From Verrucomicrobiales bacterium (GTDB lineage Bacteria; Verrucomicrobiota; Verrucomicrobiia; Limisphaerales; UBA9464), in the NCBI GenBank assembly GCA_005805505.1, contig SYMJ01000194.1, positions 1-62,979 on the forward strand: a stretch of 62,979 nt of DNA, given 5' to 3'. Positions within the stretch are counted from its first letter, which is position 1. Each line of letters opens with the position of its first letter. Shown here piece by piece: positions 18,565 through 27,145 of the stretch. Made by a program: the position numbers and the translations under genes. Under the pieces are notes generated by a model. It searched no databases and was not told the origin of the DNA. It was given only the letters and a program-made list of their open reading frames with translations.

Positions 18565-19245
18565 TCAGTGCTTTTTGACCCGCACGTTGCGGTATTCCAC
18601 GATGGACTTGGGATCGTGGGCCTGGAAGGCAATGGTACCCTCATTGAGCTTGCGCTCGAAATCCTTGCCCGCCTTGCGATTGGGCTCCTCAGTGAAATCA
18701 TTCACCAGCTTGCCGTTGAGGAAGATCTGAATGTGTTTGCCCTTCACAATGACGTGATGGGTGTACCACTCGTTGTCGCGGACCACTCCCTCGATCTTGT
18801 CCGCTTTGACTTCCTGCACCGAGTAGATGCTGCCCGATTTGCGCCAGTCGCTCTGAGTCTGATTGACCTGGGTCTCGTAGCCACCCCAGGGCCATCCAGA
18901 ATCCTGGTACTTGGTGTGGATGTAGATGCCACCGTTGGAGTTGGGGGCCGTCTTCACATCCACCTTCAACTCAAAGTCTTTGAAGGGAGCCAGCGGGCCG
19001 GTGTAAAAATTGTGGGACCGCTCACCCTGGGCCTTGAAGCCGCCGTCTGCGAGGCTCCAAGAGGCGGGTGTCTCGTTGACCTTCCAGCCGGTCCAAGAGC
19101 CGTCGGAGATCAGGGTGAAGCCCTGGGAATCCACGTGGCCGATCTGGCCCGGCTTGGGTTTGGAGGTGGCAGAATCAGCGGCATTGGAGGCACAACCAGC
19201 GAGGATCGCGGCGGCCACGACGATAGGAAAGCAAAGGGTCTTCAT
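18565..19245 (-). CDS. DUF1080 (3-keto-disaccharide hydrolase-like) lipoprotein
   Basis: Lipobox LAGC after MKTLCFPIVVAAAI. FELKVDVKTAPNSNGGIYIHT and GTIAFQAHDPKSIVEYRNVRVKK match DUF1080 signatures. Confidence 0.8.
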   Translation of the reverse strand: MKTLCFPIVVAAAILAGCASNAADSATSKPKPGQIGHVDSQGFTLISDGSWTGWKVNETPASWSLADGGFKAQGERSHNFYTGPLAPFKDFELKVDVKTAPNSNGGIYIHTKYQDSGWPWGGYETQVNQTQSDWRKSGSIYSVQEVKADKIEGVVRDNEWYTHHVIVKGKHIQIFLNGKLVNDFTEEPNRKAGKDFERKLNEGTIAFQAHDPKSIVEYRNVRVKKH

Positions 19246-19359
19246 AGGGCGCAGTCTAGGAACTGACAAGACCATGCCTCGGGTCCGACCCACTCGGCAA
19301 ACCGGAATTCACCGACGGGATGGATTGCCGACGGCCCTGCTTCCCGTTGAAGTTATGCC

Positions 19360-20250
19360 GTGTCCGACACGACAACCACCCAGGCCTGTGCCGCTCCGAC
19401 GGTTTCCCGACGGTCGCGGGGGGCTTGGCAACCGTTCACCGGGAATGGGGTGTCCCGCTTTGCCGATGCGAGCGGCAGCCGTGCCCTCGGATTCCTTGGA
19501 GGATTCGCTCTCACCACAGCCCTGGTGCTGGGCTGGGCATTGCACACCACCTGGTGGCCCGTGGTGGACCAAGCCGTGCGAGAGTTTCCAGAGAACGGTC
19601 CAGCCCTGGTCCAAGGTCGATTTAATTGGCCGGAGACCGCACCGCGGTTGCTGGCCGATTCTCCCCACCTCGGTGTGGCAGTCCGCCCCAGTAACTTGGA
19701 TCCCCTCGGTCGTACAGCCGATCTTCAACTCGAACTCCTTCCGGAAACCCTGCGACTGGCCGGAATCGCTGGATTCGTAGACCTGCCATGGCCTGCGACG
19801 GCGACCCTGCCGCTGGGTCGTCTCCAAGCACAGGCTGCATGGGAGGCTTGGAGGCGGCCCGTATTGGCCGCTCTCATCGTCACAGCAGCGACGGCCATGA
19901 CGGTGATCTGGAGCCTGATGGCCCTCATTCTGGCCCTGCCACTGCGAATCGTCGCCTTCCTGTTGCAGAAGCAGATCACCCTCGGTGGGTGCTGGCGCCT
20001 GAGCGCCGCGGCCAGCATGAGTGGGTCGCTGGTGCTCAATCTGGGACTCGGCGGTTATGTGATGCGGTGGTTGCCCTGGCCTGCTCTGGCTGCCGTGGTC
20101 GTGATCCACCTACTGGTCAACGGGCTGTCCCTCAGCTGGGGACTCGTGAGTCGTCCCAAGAAAAGTCGCGCCGCATCGGTACCCAATCCCTTACACCCGG
20201 GGACTGCGAAGTCGAGTTCCCGAAAGTCCGGAAGTAATCCGTTTGGATGA
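19360..20250 (+). CDS. Hypothetical multi-pass membrane protein
   Basis: GTG start. At least 4 hydrophobic segments (LGFLGGFALTTALVLGW, VLAALIVTAATAMTVIWSLMALILALPL, etc). The competing antisense ORF 19309..20109 looks non-coding (Arg/Gly/Pro/Gln-rich). Confidence 0.5.
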   Translation: MSDTTTTQACAAPTVSRRSRGAWQPFTGNGVSRFADASGSRALGFLGGFALTTALVLGWALHTTWWPVVDQAVREFPENGPALVQGRFNWPETAPRLLADSPHLGVAVRPSNLDPLGRTADLQLELLPETLRLAGIAGFVDLPWPATATLPLGRLQAQAAWEAWRRPVLAALIVTAATAMTVIWSLMALILALPLRIVAFLLQKQITLGGCWRLSAAASMSGSLVLNLGLGGYVMRWLPWPALAAVVVIHLLVNGLSLSWGLVSRPKKSRAASVPNPLHPGTAKSSSRKSGSNPFG

Positions 20251-20295
20251 TCGAATCGACCGCCTCGAGGGAAGGTCGATTCGGTCGGCCTCAGA

Positions 20296-21186
20296 TCAGC
20301 GGGCAGGAGGATTGATCCGCGCTCCCTTGGCCTTGAGTTGTTCGAGCTGGGCCTTGGACTGCTTGGACAGCGGATTGCCATCGAGGTAGATCCGCACGAA
20401 CGGGGCAAAGTTCCGGGTCTTCTCCAGATCGGGGGTCATCCATCGGCTCAAGGGAGCCAAGTCTCGGATGCGATTGTGGGACAACTGCAAGAAGGACGGT
20501 GCACGGATGCCGGACAACGGCGCCAGATCGCTGATACCGTTGTGGGCGGCCGAGAGCAGTGTCAAATTGCGGAAGGCTCCGAAACCCTCGATCGAGCGGA
20601 TCTTGTTGTGATCGATATACAAAGTCGCCACCCGGGGCAAATTGGTCAGCAGCGCCACCGAACCGAGACGGTTGGCCGACAAGTAAATCGAGGCAAGGTT
20701 GGTCAGACCGGACAAGGGCTTCACGTCCTTCACTCGATTGTGAGAGAGCTCGATGTATTGCAAGGCCGGCACTGAGGCCAGAGGGGCGATGATCACGACC
20801 TGATTGGAAGCCAAGTTGAGATACTGGAGCTGCTTCAGTCCGGCCAGAGGTACGAGATCAATGATCTGGTTGCCCGGGATCTCCAGCGAAGCCAACGCGA
20901 CGCAATGCTCCAGACCCGCCAAGCTGGTAATGCCCGAGAAGGGGGCAGACACCGTAGACACCGTGGCCACATCGGCCGCCGTCAGGGGATCTTGCGATTC
21001 CCGCTTGGCGAAGACCTGCCGACGCACCGCTGCTTCAAGCTTCTTGTCCTTGAAGACGGAGACCGGTGCGTTGGTGGACGCGGGCTTCTCTGCAGCCTTG
21101 GGCGCAGATTCTGCCGCGCTCATCGGCACCGAAGCCAACAGCAACACCGATGCACATAGGGAGGAGAGTATAGCTCGCTTGCTCAT
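20296..21186 (-). CDS. Secreted leucine-rich-repeat (internalin-like LRR) protein
   Basis: Signal peptide MSKRAILSSLCASVLLLASVPMSAA. About 8 repeats of 22 aa of the form L..L..L.L..N.I.D..PL. Confidence 0.8.
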   Translation of the reverse strand: MSKRAILSSLCASVLLLASVPMSAAESAPKAAEKPASTNAPVSVFKDKKLEAAVRRQVFAKRESQDPLTAADVATVSTVSAPFSGITSLAGLEHCVALASLEIPGNQIIDLVPLAGLKQLQYLNLASNQVVIIAPLASVPALQYIELSHNRVKDVKPLSGLTNLASIYLSANRLGSVALLTNLPRVATLYIDHNKIRSIEGFGAFRNLTLLSAAHNGISDLAPLSGIRAPSFLQLSHNRIRDLAPLSRWMTPDLEKTRNFAPFVRIYLDGNPLSKQSKAQLEQLKAKGARINPPAR

Positions 21187-21327
21187 GGAAATTGGTCCGT
21201 ATAATGACCAGTCGTGGAATCAACGAAAGCGATTTTCAGATCGAAGTCTCTTCCAGATTTGCCTTCGCTCCGACCCACGGCGGCTAACCGATCCCTGGCG
21301 CACCCCGAAATTATCCAACTGAATCGT

Positions 21328-22476
21328 TCAGCGCTTCGAGGACACGTTGGTCTTGAAGGCACCACGAAAGAGCCAGTGCCGCTTCAGTCCACCCACAAAG
21401 TCAGAGGAGTTGGTCAGGACCCCCTCGACCGCCGGCAGAGTGTTTGAGCGAACCGTCCCCAGAGTTCGCTCAACCTCGACCAGCGCGCCCGGCAAGGTCG
21501 TATTGAGATTGGAGACCAACGGGCCCACCCCTTGGAGTTGTTGGTTCACCTGTGAGACCAGTGGCGGAACCGTGCGGCTTAATTCGGTGAGCAGCGGTGG
21601 CAGCGTGCTGTTCAAATGGGTCAGGAGCGGAGGGGCTGTGGCGTCGAGGTTCGAGACCAAGGTACCAATGCCCCCGATCTGAGCGTTCAAATTGGTCAGA
21701 GTCACCGTCAGCGCCGAATTGAGATTGCTCGGGATCAGGATCTCCCCAAGTCCGCCGGGTCGGTCGAAGCGGGCCGACAAGTTAGTGGGGAAGAGCAAGT
21801 CGCCCAAGCCACCGGGCTTGGTGAAGGCTTCTCGGATCCGCGGTACCAGCAGAGTGAGTTCACCGATGAGATCTCCCGTGACCTCGGTGCGTATGAAGTA
21901 GCCCTTGGCGTCCTCGGCAACCGGATCATAGCGGATAAAGTTCGTAACGTTCGGCCGACCTAAATTATAGGCGTACTTGTCCCACAGGACACCCAAGGCT
22001 CCCCCGCCGGTGGCATTGGTGGACGGGGCCGTGGTGGCGATGCCAAGGCCCTGGCTGCGGGTTATCTCCAGGAAGTTTCCTCCGGCGATGTCGATGGGCA
22101 GGCCACTGACCTTGAGCTTGGAATCGGTGAAGATGTACCCGTGGTAGGGGTCCCGCACCAGGAACCGAACAAACACGTTGAAACCCTCGCTTCGGTGCCA
22201 GGAATCATCCGGGGCCGTGTCGATCTGGACCACCTCGCCGATGGTGAAACCCAGCATCTTCACCGGAGTACCCACTTTCACCGAACTGCCGTCTCGAAGG
22301 TAGGTGTAGTAGGGCACCTGACGAACCCACCACCCACGTTTGTCACCCGTGGTCTTGATGAAGAATCCCAAGCCGAGGAGTCCCACGAGTACCGCGCCCA
22401 CCAGAAAGAGCACCACGACCCATTCCACCCTTCGAAGGCGGGTCCGAAGTTGAGGGGTGAGATCCTGCAAGGCCAT
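21328..22476 (-). CDS. MCE/MlaD-family protein with a repeat-rich C-terminal tail
   Basis: N-terminal TM (WVVVLFLVGAVLVGLLGLGFFI), then an MCE beta-barrel-like region (VKVGTPVKMLGFTIGEVVQI), then tandem repeats from aa 220-335. Start is 2 nt after the MlaF-like stop. Confidence 0.75.
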   Translation of the reverse strand: MALQDLTPQLRTRLRRVEWVVVLFLVGAVLVGLLGLGFFIKTTGDKRGWWVRQVPYYTYLRDGSSVKVGTPVKMLGFTIGEVVQIDTAPDDSWHRSEGFNVFVRFLVRDPYHGYIFTDSKLKVSGLPIDIAGGNFLEITRSQGLGIATTAPSTNATGGGALGVLWDKYAYNLGRPNVTNFIRYDPVAEDAKGYFIRTEVTGDLIGELTLLVPRIREAFTKPGGLGDLLFPTNLSARFDRPGGLGEILIPSNLNSALTVTLTNLNAQIGGIGTLVSNLDATAPPLLTHLNSTLPPLLTELSRTVPPLVSQVNQQLQGVGPLVSNLNTTLPGALVEVERTLGTVRSNTLPAVEGVLTNSSDFVGGLKRHWLFRGAFKTNVSSKR

Positions 22477-22478
22477 GG

Positions 22479-23270
22479 TCAGGGACGGGGTTCAGTGAGG
22501 TCGCGGAAACCCTCTTCACCGGTAGCGGCAAGAACGGCTTCGATGTCGGTAATGATGCGCCAATGGCCGCTGGCGACCAGCGCGAAGCGCGGGTCCAGAC
22601 CCACGTACGGGCGCACCGCATCCGCCGTTGCGACGATGGTCAAGGGTTCGCCACCGAGCAAGGGATGCCCGGCCAGAGCCTCCGCCAGGAACCCGCGCCA
22701 CCAACGCAAATGGACGGCGTCCAGACCCGCCAGCGGGTTGTCGAGCAGAAGAAGATCCGGTTCCAACACCAAGCTCCGGGCCAGCGCGACCCGGCGCGAC
22801 CAAGACCGGCTCAAGGAGGTTGGTTTCCGAGAGAGGATCGATTCCAACTGGAGGTGACGGATCAACGGCTCGAATTCGCCGAGGGCCTCGTCATGGGAGC
22901 GGTTTTGGTGATAGCACCATGGAAGGAGGATGTTTTCCGCCACGCTCAGGGCAGAGAACAGTCGCCCGCTCCCATCGAAGACCAAACCCAAACGACGACG
23001 GGTCTCCCGCAATCCCGCGTCGTCCTCTCCGGAGGCATCGACGCGGCGACCAAACACGCGAACCTCGCCCGCCGCCGCCGGAATTAATCCGGCCAAGGTC
23101 TCCAAAAGCGCGGTCTTACCGGCACCCTGCGCGCCGGCCACCACCCAAAGTTCACCCGTGTCTACCGTCCAGTCCACCGCCTGAAGCGAGATCCTATCCA
23201 ATGAGGTCGAACTAGCGATCCCCAGGGATCGGGTCTCCAGCGCAACGGTGGTGGATGGAGGTGTCCTCAC
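22479..23270 (-). CDS. MlaF-like ABC ATPase subunit with degenerate catalytic motifs
   Basis: Walker A GAQGAGKT is intact. The Q-loop (VFDGSG), signature (LSRSW), Walker B (LLLLDNP) and H-loop (ATAD) are all substituted. GTG 23270 overlaps the MlaE-like stop as GTGA. Confidence 0.7.
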   Translation of the reverse strand: MRTPPSTTVALETRSLGIASSTSLDRISLQAVDWTVDTGELWVVAGAQGAGKTALLETLAGLIPAAAGEVRVFGRRVDASGEDDAGLRETRRRLGLVFDGSGRLFSALSVAENILLPWCYHQNRSHDEALGEFEPLIRHLQLESILSRKPTSLSRSWSRRVALARSLVLEPDLLLLDNPLAGLDAVHLRWWRGFLAEALAGHPLLGGEPLTIVATADAVRPYVGLDPRFALVASGHWRIITDIEAVLAATGEEGFRDLTEPRP

Positions 23271-24106
23271 AGGAGCAAGTACACGGTGATAAACAGGGCG
23301 TCGATCATCAGGCATCCCACCACGCAAACGGCCACCGTCCGCGTCGTCGCCGGGCCCACTTCCTCCAAGGTCATCGGACGGGCCAGTCCCTGATAGCAAA
23401 TCACCCAGCCGGTGAGAGCCCCGAACAGCAAGGTCTTGAGAACCCAAAGTGGGAAATCCAGAGCACTCATGGCGCCAGCGATCTGGGTGAAGAACTCGAT
23501 CGGAGACGCTTTCAATCCGCGGGCATAGGCAAAGAGATAGCCCGACCCCAGCGCTATGAGGATGAGGTAGGCACTGAGTGATACCACCGCCACCGCGAAT
23601 CCGATCACCCGGGGCACCACCAAATAATGGATCGGGTCGATCCCCAAGGCTTCGAGGGCTTCCACCTCACCTAGTGCCCGAGCCGTGCCCAATTCAACCA
23701 CCGACGCCGTACCCACTCGGGCCAGTACCAAGAGGCCAGCAATCATTGGCACCATCTCCCGCAAGAACACCGTGACAATGAATGTTCCAGTGAAGTTCCC
23801 GGCCCCAAATTGCTCCATCAGCGAGACGGTTTGCCCCACGAAGACCACACCCAGAATCACTCCGAGAAAACTAATGATGGGCAAGAGGCGTACTCCACAT
23901 CGATGGATTTCGCCCAAAACCTGAGGGCGCATTACCTCGGAATTGTCCCGATGACGCCGAGCCGCCGTCGCCAGCGTAATGAGGATGAAGGCACCCAGAC
24001 GGGTCAGGCTACGCCACTCCCCAAGCAAGGCACCCAACCACCCGAACCCTCCATCGGAATCCTCGCCGGAACCGGCGTTTTTGAGAGGGGGTGGGGTCGC
24101 CTCCAT
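23267..24106 (-). CDS. MlaE-family ABC transporter permease
   Basis: Typical MlaE length and topology. REMVPMIAGLLVLARVGTASVVELGTARALGEVEALEALGIDP matches the conserved MlaE core. Confidence 0.8.
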   Translation of the reverse strand: MEATPPPLKNAGSGEDSDGGFGWLGALLGEWRSLTRLGAFILITLATAARRHRDNSEVMRPQVLGEIHRCGVRLLPIISFLGVILGVVFVGQTVSLMEQFGAGNFTGTFIVTVFLREMVPMIAGLLVLARVGTASVVELGTARALGEVEALEALGIDPIHYLVVPRVIGFAVAVVSLSAYLILIALGSGYLFAYARGLKASPIEFFTQIAGAMSALDFPLWVLKTLLFGALTGWVICYQGLARPMTLEEVGPATTRTVAVCVVGCLMIDALFITVYLLL

Positions 24107-24120
24107 GTGCGTCGGTGGGA

Positions 24121-24864
24121 TCAGTGGCTGGCCGTCTGCGGTTCGCGCTCAATGGACGGCACCGCCGCTCCGATCAACCGCGACATGCGCTCAAAGGTCA
24201 CGTCTTCGTCCCCCGGCTCACTGAGCGAGAAAAAGGAAATGTAGGCCCAGCGCGGACTGCGCCCCTTAGAGAGGATGTCGCGGACCATTTGCCATTGGCG
24301 GGCCGAGTGGCTGGCCGTGCGGATCCCGTCGGCCACGAACCAAAACACATAGACCCCACTAATGGTCACTCGACGGCCGTCATCACGCTCGACCGAACGG
24401 GTCATGTCAAAGCGCTGCACCTCAAGGCTTCCGGGAGCCCATCCAGGGACTTCGATGCGTCGGACGGTTTGTGAGAGAATCTGCCACCCGACGCCGGTCA
24501 TGCAGTACTCGGGCCGATGAATGCTGGTCCGATCGGCACCCATCAGCACCACGCTTGCCGAAATAGAGGGGATGGAGGCTCCACCATGATAGGACCGTCG
24601 GCCGAAGGTCGTGTCCGGCGGCAGGAAGCTCAGTTCGAGTTCGGGAATGGCATCCAACTGAGATCGGTAACCCGACAACGAAGCCGGAAGGGACACCGAA
24701 TTGGAGGTAGCCAAGCGACCCAACTCGCTCAGCAGAGGAAGACCCACAATCCGCACACCGGGTTCACCCATGCGCACATGGTCTTTGAGCCATCGCAGGG
24801 AACCGGCGGCCGCGCCCATGAGGGTCAGGGCAGCAATCGTAACAACAGCAATGCGCAAGTTCAT
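24121..24864 (-). CDS. epsI: Exosortase-associated EpsI-family protein
   Basis: N-terminal anchor plus the IHRPEYCMTGVGWQI motif (H.Pe.C..g.GW) characteristic of EpsI/DUF3485. Its ATG overlaps the exosortase stop as ATGA. Confidence 0.75.
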   Translation of the reverse strand: MNLRIAVVTIAALTLMGAAAGSLRWLKDHVRMGEPGVRIVGLPLLSELGRLATSNSVSLPASLSGYRSQLDAIPELELSFLPPDTTFGRRSYHGGASIPSISASVVLMGADRTSIHRPEYCMTGVGWQILSQTVRRIEVPGWAPGSLEVQRFDMTRSVERDDGRRVTISGVYVFWFVADGIRTASHSARQWQMVRDILSKGRSPRWAYISFFSLSEPGDEDVTFERMSRLIGAAVPSIEREPQTASH

Positions 24865-25835
24865 GGCTGGGGGGTGCCAGAGTGGGTTCCTTCAGCAGGG
24901 ACTAGGGTGGACGAGCCCGAGGGCGATTCGGGTTCGCGCAGCCATCGGGCCACCAGGAACACGCAGCCGAGGGCGATGAGAAAGGTAGCGAAGCCGAACT
25001 TGGTCTCGATAGCTTCACCCGCGGCCTGGCCCGCCGCCTCCGCCACAGCGAACACCACAATGAGCCGGATGACATTGGCCAACACCGCGAAACCTGGGCT
25101 GAGCAAGATGAGAAAAACCCGACGCCATGCCGACCGAAAATTCAGGAAGGCGAAGGTAACGGTTAACAGCAGCACCACCGTGGCGCTGCGAATGCCGCTG
25201 CAGGCCGGGGCGACATCGAAGCGGAAGCCCTGCACGGTGGCCGAAGCCTTCTGTAAAACAATGGTTCCCGCCCGCTCCAGCTTCATGTTCAGAACCCATT
25301 CACAGAACGTCGTCGAGAGGACGGTGCTCAGGATCCGCAATCCGTGGGTGAGCGTGTCGAGGAAGACGGAGATCGGCACGCAGAAGAAGAACAGCAAGTA
25401 GGGAAAGGCGAAGGCGCGCATCCAAGCCCGGCCCCAGTACATCCCCATGATCCCGAAGAGCCCCACCAGAAAACCCACCACCCCGAGGCGCGTTTGCTGG
25501 ACCACATAGCCCGAAAGGTGCAACAGCAGTCCAATGGGAACTAGAGCCAGCGCCGGAGCCCAAGGTTCCTTAGGAATGGCGGCCAATTCGGTCCGACGCA
25601 TCACGACAATGGCTCCCACTAGCCAGGGGATCATCATGCCCAATTCATCATCGCGACCTTGCTTGGCACCGCCCTCATAAACCGCCTGCAGCCAACCGAA
25701 CATCGATTCGGTCTGGATGTAGCCCAGGGTGGAGTTGCCCAAGAAGTGGAAGAGCGCGAACCACGCCGCAACGACCAGCCCTAAGGCCGCCTTGTGGGGC
25801 AGGCTGTCCCACAGCGATCGCAATTCTTGAAGCAT
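24861..25835 (-). CDS. xrt: Exosortase (EpsH/Xrt family polytopic membrane transpeptidase)
   Basis: Multi-pass membrane protein with the DVAPACSGIRS active-site Cys motif and downstream LANVIRL (N..R) motif. ATG 25835; an alternative TTG lies at 25856. Confidence 0.8.
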   Translation of the reverse strand: MLQELRSLWDSLPHKAALGLVVAAWFALFHFLGNSTLGYIQTESMFGWLQAVYEGGAKQGRDDELGMMIPWLVGAIVVMRRTELAAIPKEPWAPALALVPIGLLLHLSGYVVQQTRLGVVGFLVGLFGIMGMYWGRAWMRAFAFPYLLFFFCVPISVFLDTLTHGLRILSTVLSTTFCEWVLNMKLERAGTIVLQKASATVQGFRFDVAPACSGIRSATVVLLLTVTFAFLNFRSAWRRVFLILLSPGFAVLANVIRLIVVFAVAEAAGQAAGEAIETKFGFATFLIALGCVFLVARWLREPESPSGSSTLVPAEGTHSGTPQP

Positions 25836-25968
25836 CGACGGTTGCAAGCGCCCCAAAAGTGACCCGCCCCGACACCACCACGCAAGGGCAACGTCATTCG
25901 ATCACCGTGACAAACCCGATTCATGAACCTTCTTGGCTCCTGTTTCATCTCAGTTTGCCGGGTTCGGT

Positions 25969-26121
25969 TCACCGGCGGCGATACGCCACCATAGCCAACA
26001 AACCCAATCCCAGCAGGAGCACGCCCGCCGGTTCAGGCACAGATGCCACTGCCTTTACTTCCCAGCCCGTCAGCTTGCCGGTTCCGCCCACTGGGAAAAA
26101 TAATCGTCGCCGTACAGACAC
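25969..26121 (-). CDS. Orphan mini-ORF (50 codons, GTG start) encoding little more than a PEP-CTERM sorting signal
   Basis: My own reverse-strand translation gives VSVRRRLFFPVGGTGKLTGWEVKAVAS-VPEP-AGVLLLGLGLLAMVAY-RRR-stop. It is below the 60-aa cutoff of the ORF track, has an in-frame stop at 26143..26145, has no upstream in-frame ATG, and shows no N-terminal signal peptide. Confidence 0.45.
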   Translation of the reverse strand: MSVRRRLFFPVGGTGKLTGWEVKAVASVPEPAGVLLLGLGLLAMVAYRRR

Positions 26122-26247
26122 GGACCGCTCGGAGATCGATCCCTACCTTGGCGGCTTATGATCGGACCGAGGCGTCAACTCAGCGGAGAGCGGTGTCCAC
26201 AATAAAACCCGTAAGAGGCTCAGATCGACTGGGACCCAAACAGTCTT

Positions 26248-27015
26248 TCAGGACCGGATCACCAACGAGGCCAGCCAGTCTTGGGCGGCCGAGCGAATGG
26301 ATTCCCCGGTGCGGACCCGGGGTTCGACGAACTTGGGGGTGAACCAGGGGAAGGCTCCAACCAAGTCGTGCGTCACCAAAATCTGACCATCACAATCTGC
26401 TCCACTGCCAATGCCTATGGTCAGCATCCGAGAGCAAACACTGCGGATTTCAGCAGCCACCGGTGGGGTCACCAACTCCAAGACACAGGCAAAGGCGCCG
26501 GCTTCTTCTAAGGCAAAGGCGTCGTCCAACAAGCGCTGACGGCCCGCCTCATCGCGGCCTTTGATGCGGTACTTGCCGCCCTCTTCCACCACATGCTGGG
26601 GCAGCATGCCGAGATGACCCATGAAGGGAATTCCTTCGGCCAAGATCGCTTGAACTTGCGGCAAAATCTCCTGCCCTCCCTCGGCCTTCACATATTCAGC
26701 ACCCGCCTCAACCAAGCGGCGGGCATTGCAGACCGCCTGGGCAGGCGTCTTATAGGCTTTGTACGGTAAATCGGCTCCTACCAACGCCCGGCCTCGGGCT
26801 CGGGCCACCGCTCGAAGGTGGTGGACGATGTCGTCCATGGTTACGGCAGTGGTGTCCGGATGTCCTAGCACCACCATGCCCAGCGAATCACCCACCAGCA
26901 GCACCGGTACACCCGCTTCATCGAGCAACCGAGCCCCGGGATAATCATAGGCCGTCAACGCACCGAATGGGCGGCAACCCTTCCATCCGCGCAGCGTCTC
27001 GACGGTGATCTTCAT
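26248..27015 (-). CDS. panB: 3-methyl-2-oxobutanoate hydroxymethyltransferase
   Basis: LTAYDYPGARLLDEAGVPVLLVGDSLGMVVLGH, VKAEGG and GHLGMLPQ motifs. ATG 27015, or GTG 27054. Confidence 0.9.
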   Translation of the reverse strand: MKITVETLRGWKGCRPFGALTAYDYPGARLLDEAGVPVLLVGDSLGMVVLGHPDTTAVTMDDIVHHLRAVARARGRALVGADLPYKAYKTPAQAVCNARRLVEAGAEYVKAEGGQEILPQVQAILAEGIPFMGHLGMLPQHVVEEGGKYRIKGRDEAGRQRLLDDAFALEEAGAFACVLELVTPPVAAEIRSVCSRMLTIGIGSGADCDGQILVTHDLVGAFPWFTPKFVEPRVRTGESIRSAAQDWLASLVIRS

Positions 27016-27145
27016 GGCATCCACAAGGGGGAGTGTCGGCGCGGATGCGGGCACGGCAAGGTTGAAGCGCTCGACCCGCGGAACTCTTCAGCAAGGCCCG
27101 AACGTCTTGACTACGATCAGTGCCCTCGGGCCCCTATCGAGAACT

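Noticed and set aside
22479-23447. The long version of the MlaF-like ORF starting at 23447.
   Set aside because: It would overlap the MlaE-like gene by 180 nt, and the extra residues are Gly/Asp/Arg-rich. GTG 23270 gives a canonical GTGA stop-start overlap and a normal distance to Walker A.
24861-25835. Apparent lack of the conserved His (fH..aG motif) near the C-terminus of the exosortase. The region here reads IETKFGFATF.
   Set aside because: I cannot align reliably without the family HMM. The experimentally critical residues reported for the archaeosortase homolog are Cys/Arg/Arg, and candidate equivalents are present here (ACSGIRS, NVIRL, additional Arg). That is not enough to call it inactive.
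25781-25972. ORF 25781..25972(-) between the PEP-CTERM mini-ORF and the exosortase.
   Set aside because: It is in a different frame from the PEP-CTERM signal and overlaps the exosortase start region. It has a Cys/Arg-rich composition with no motif.
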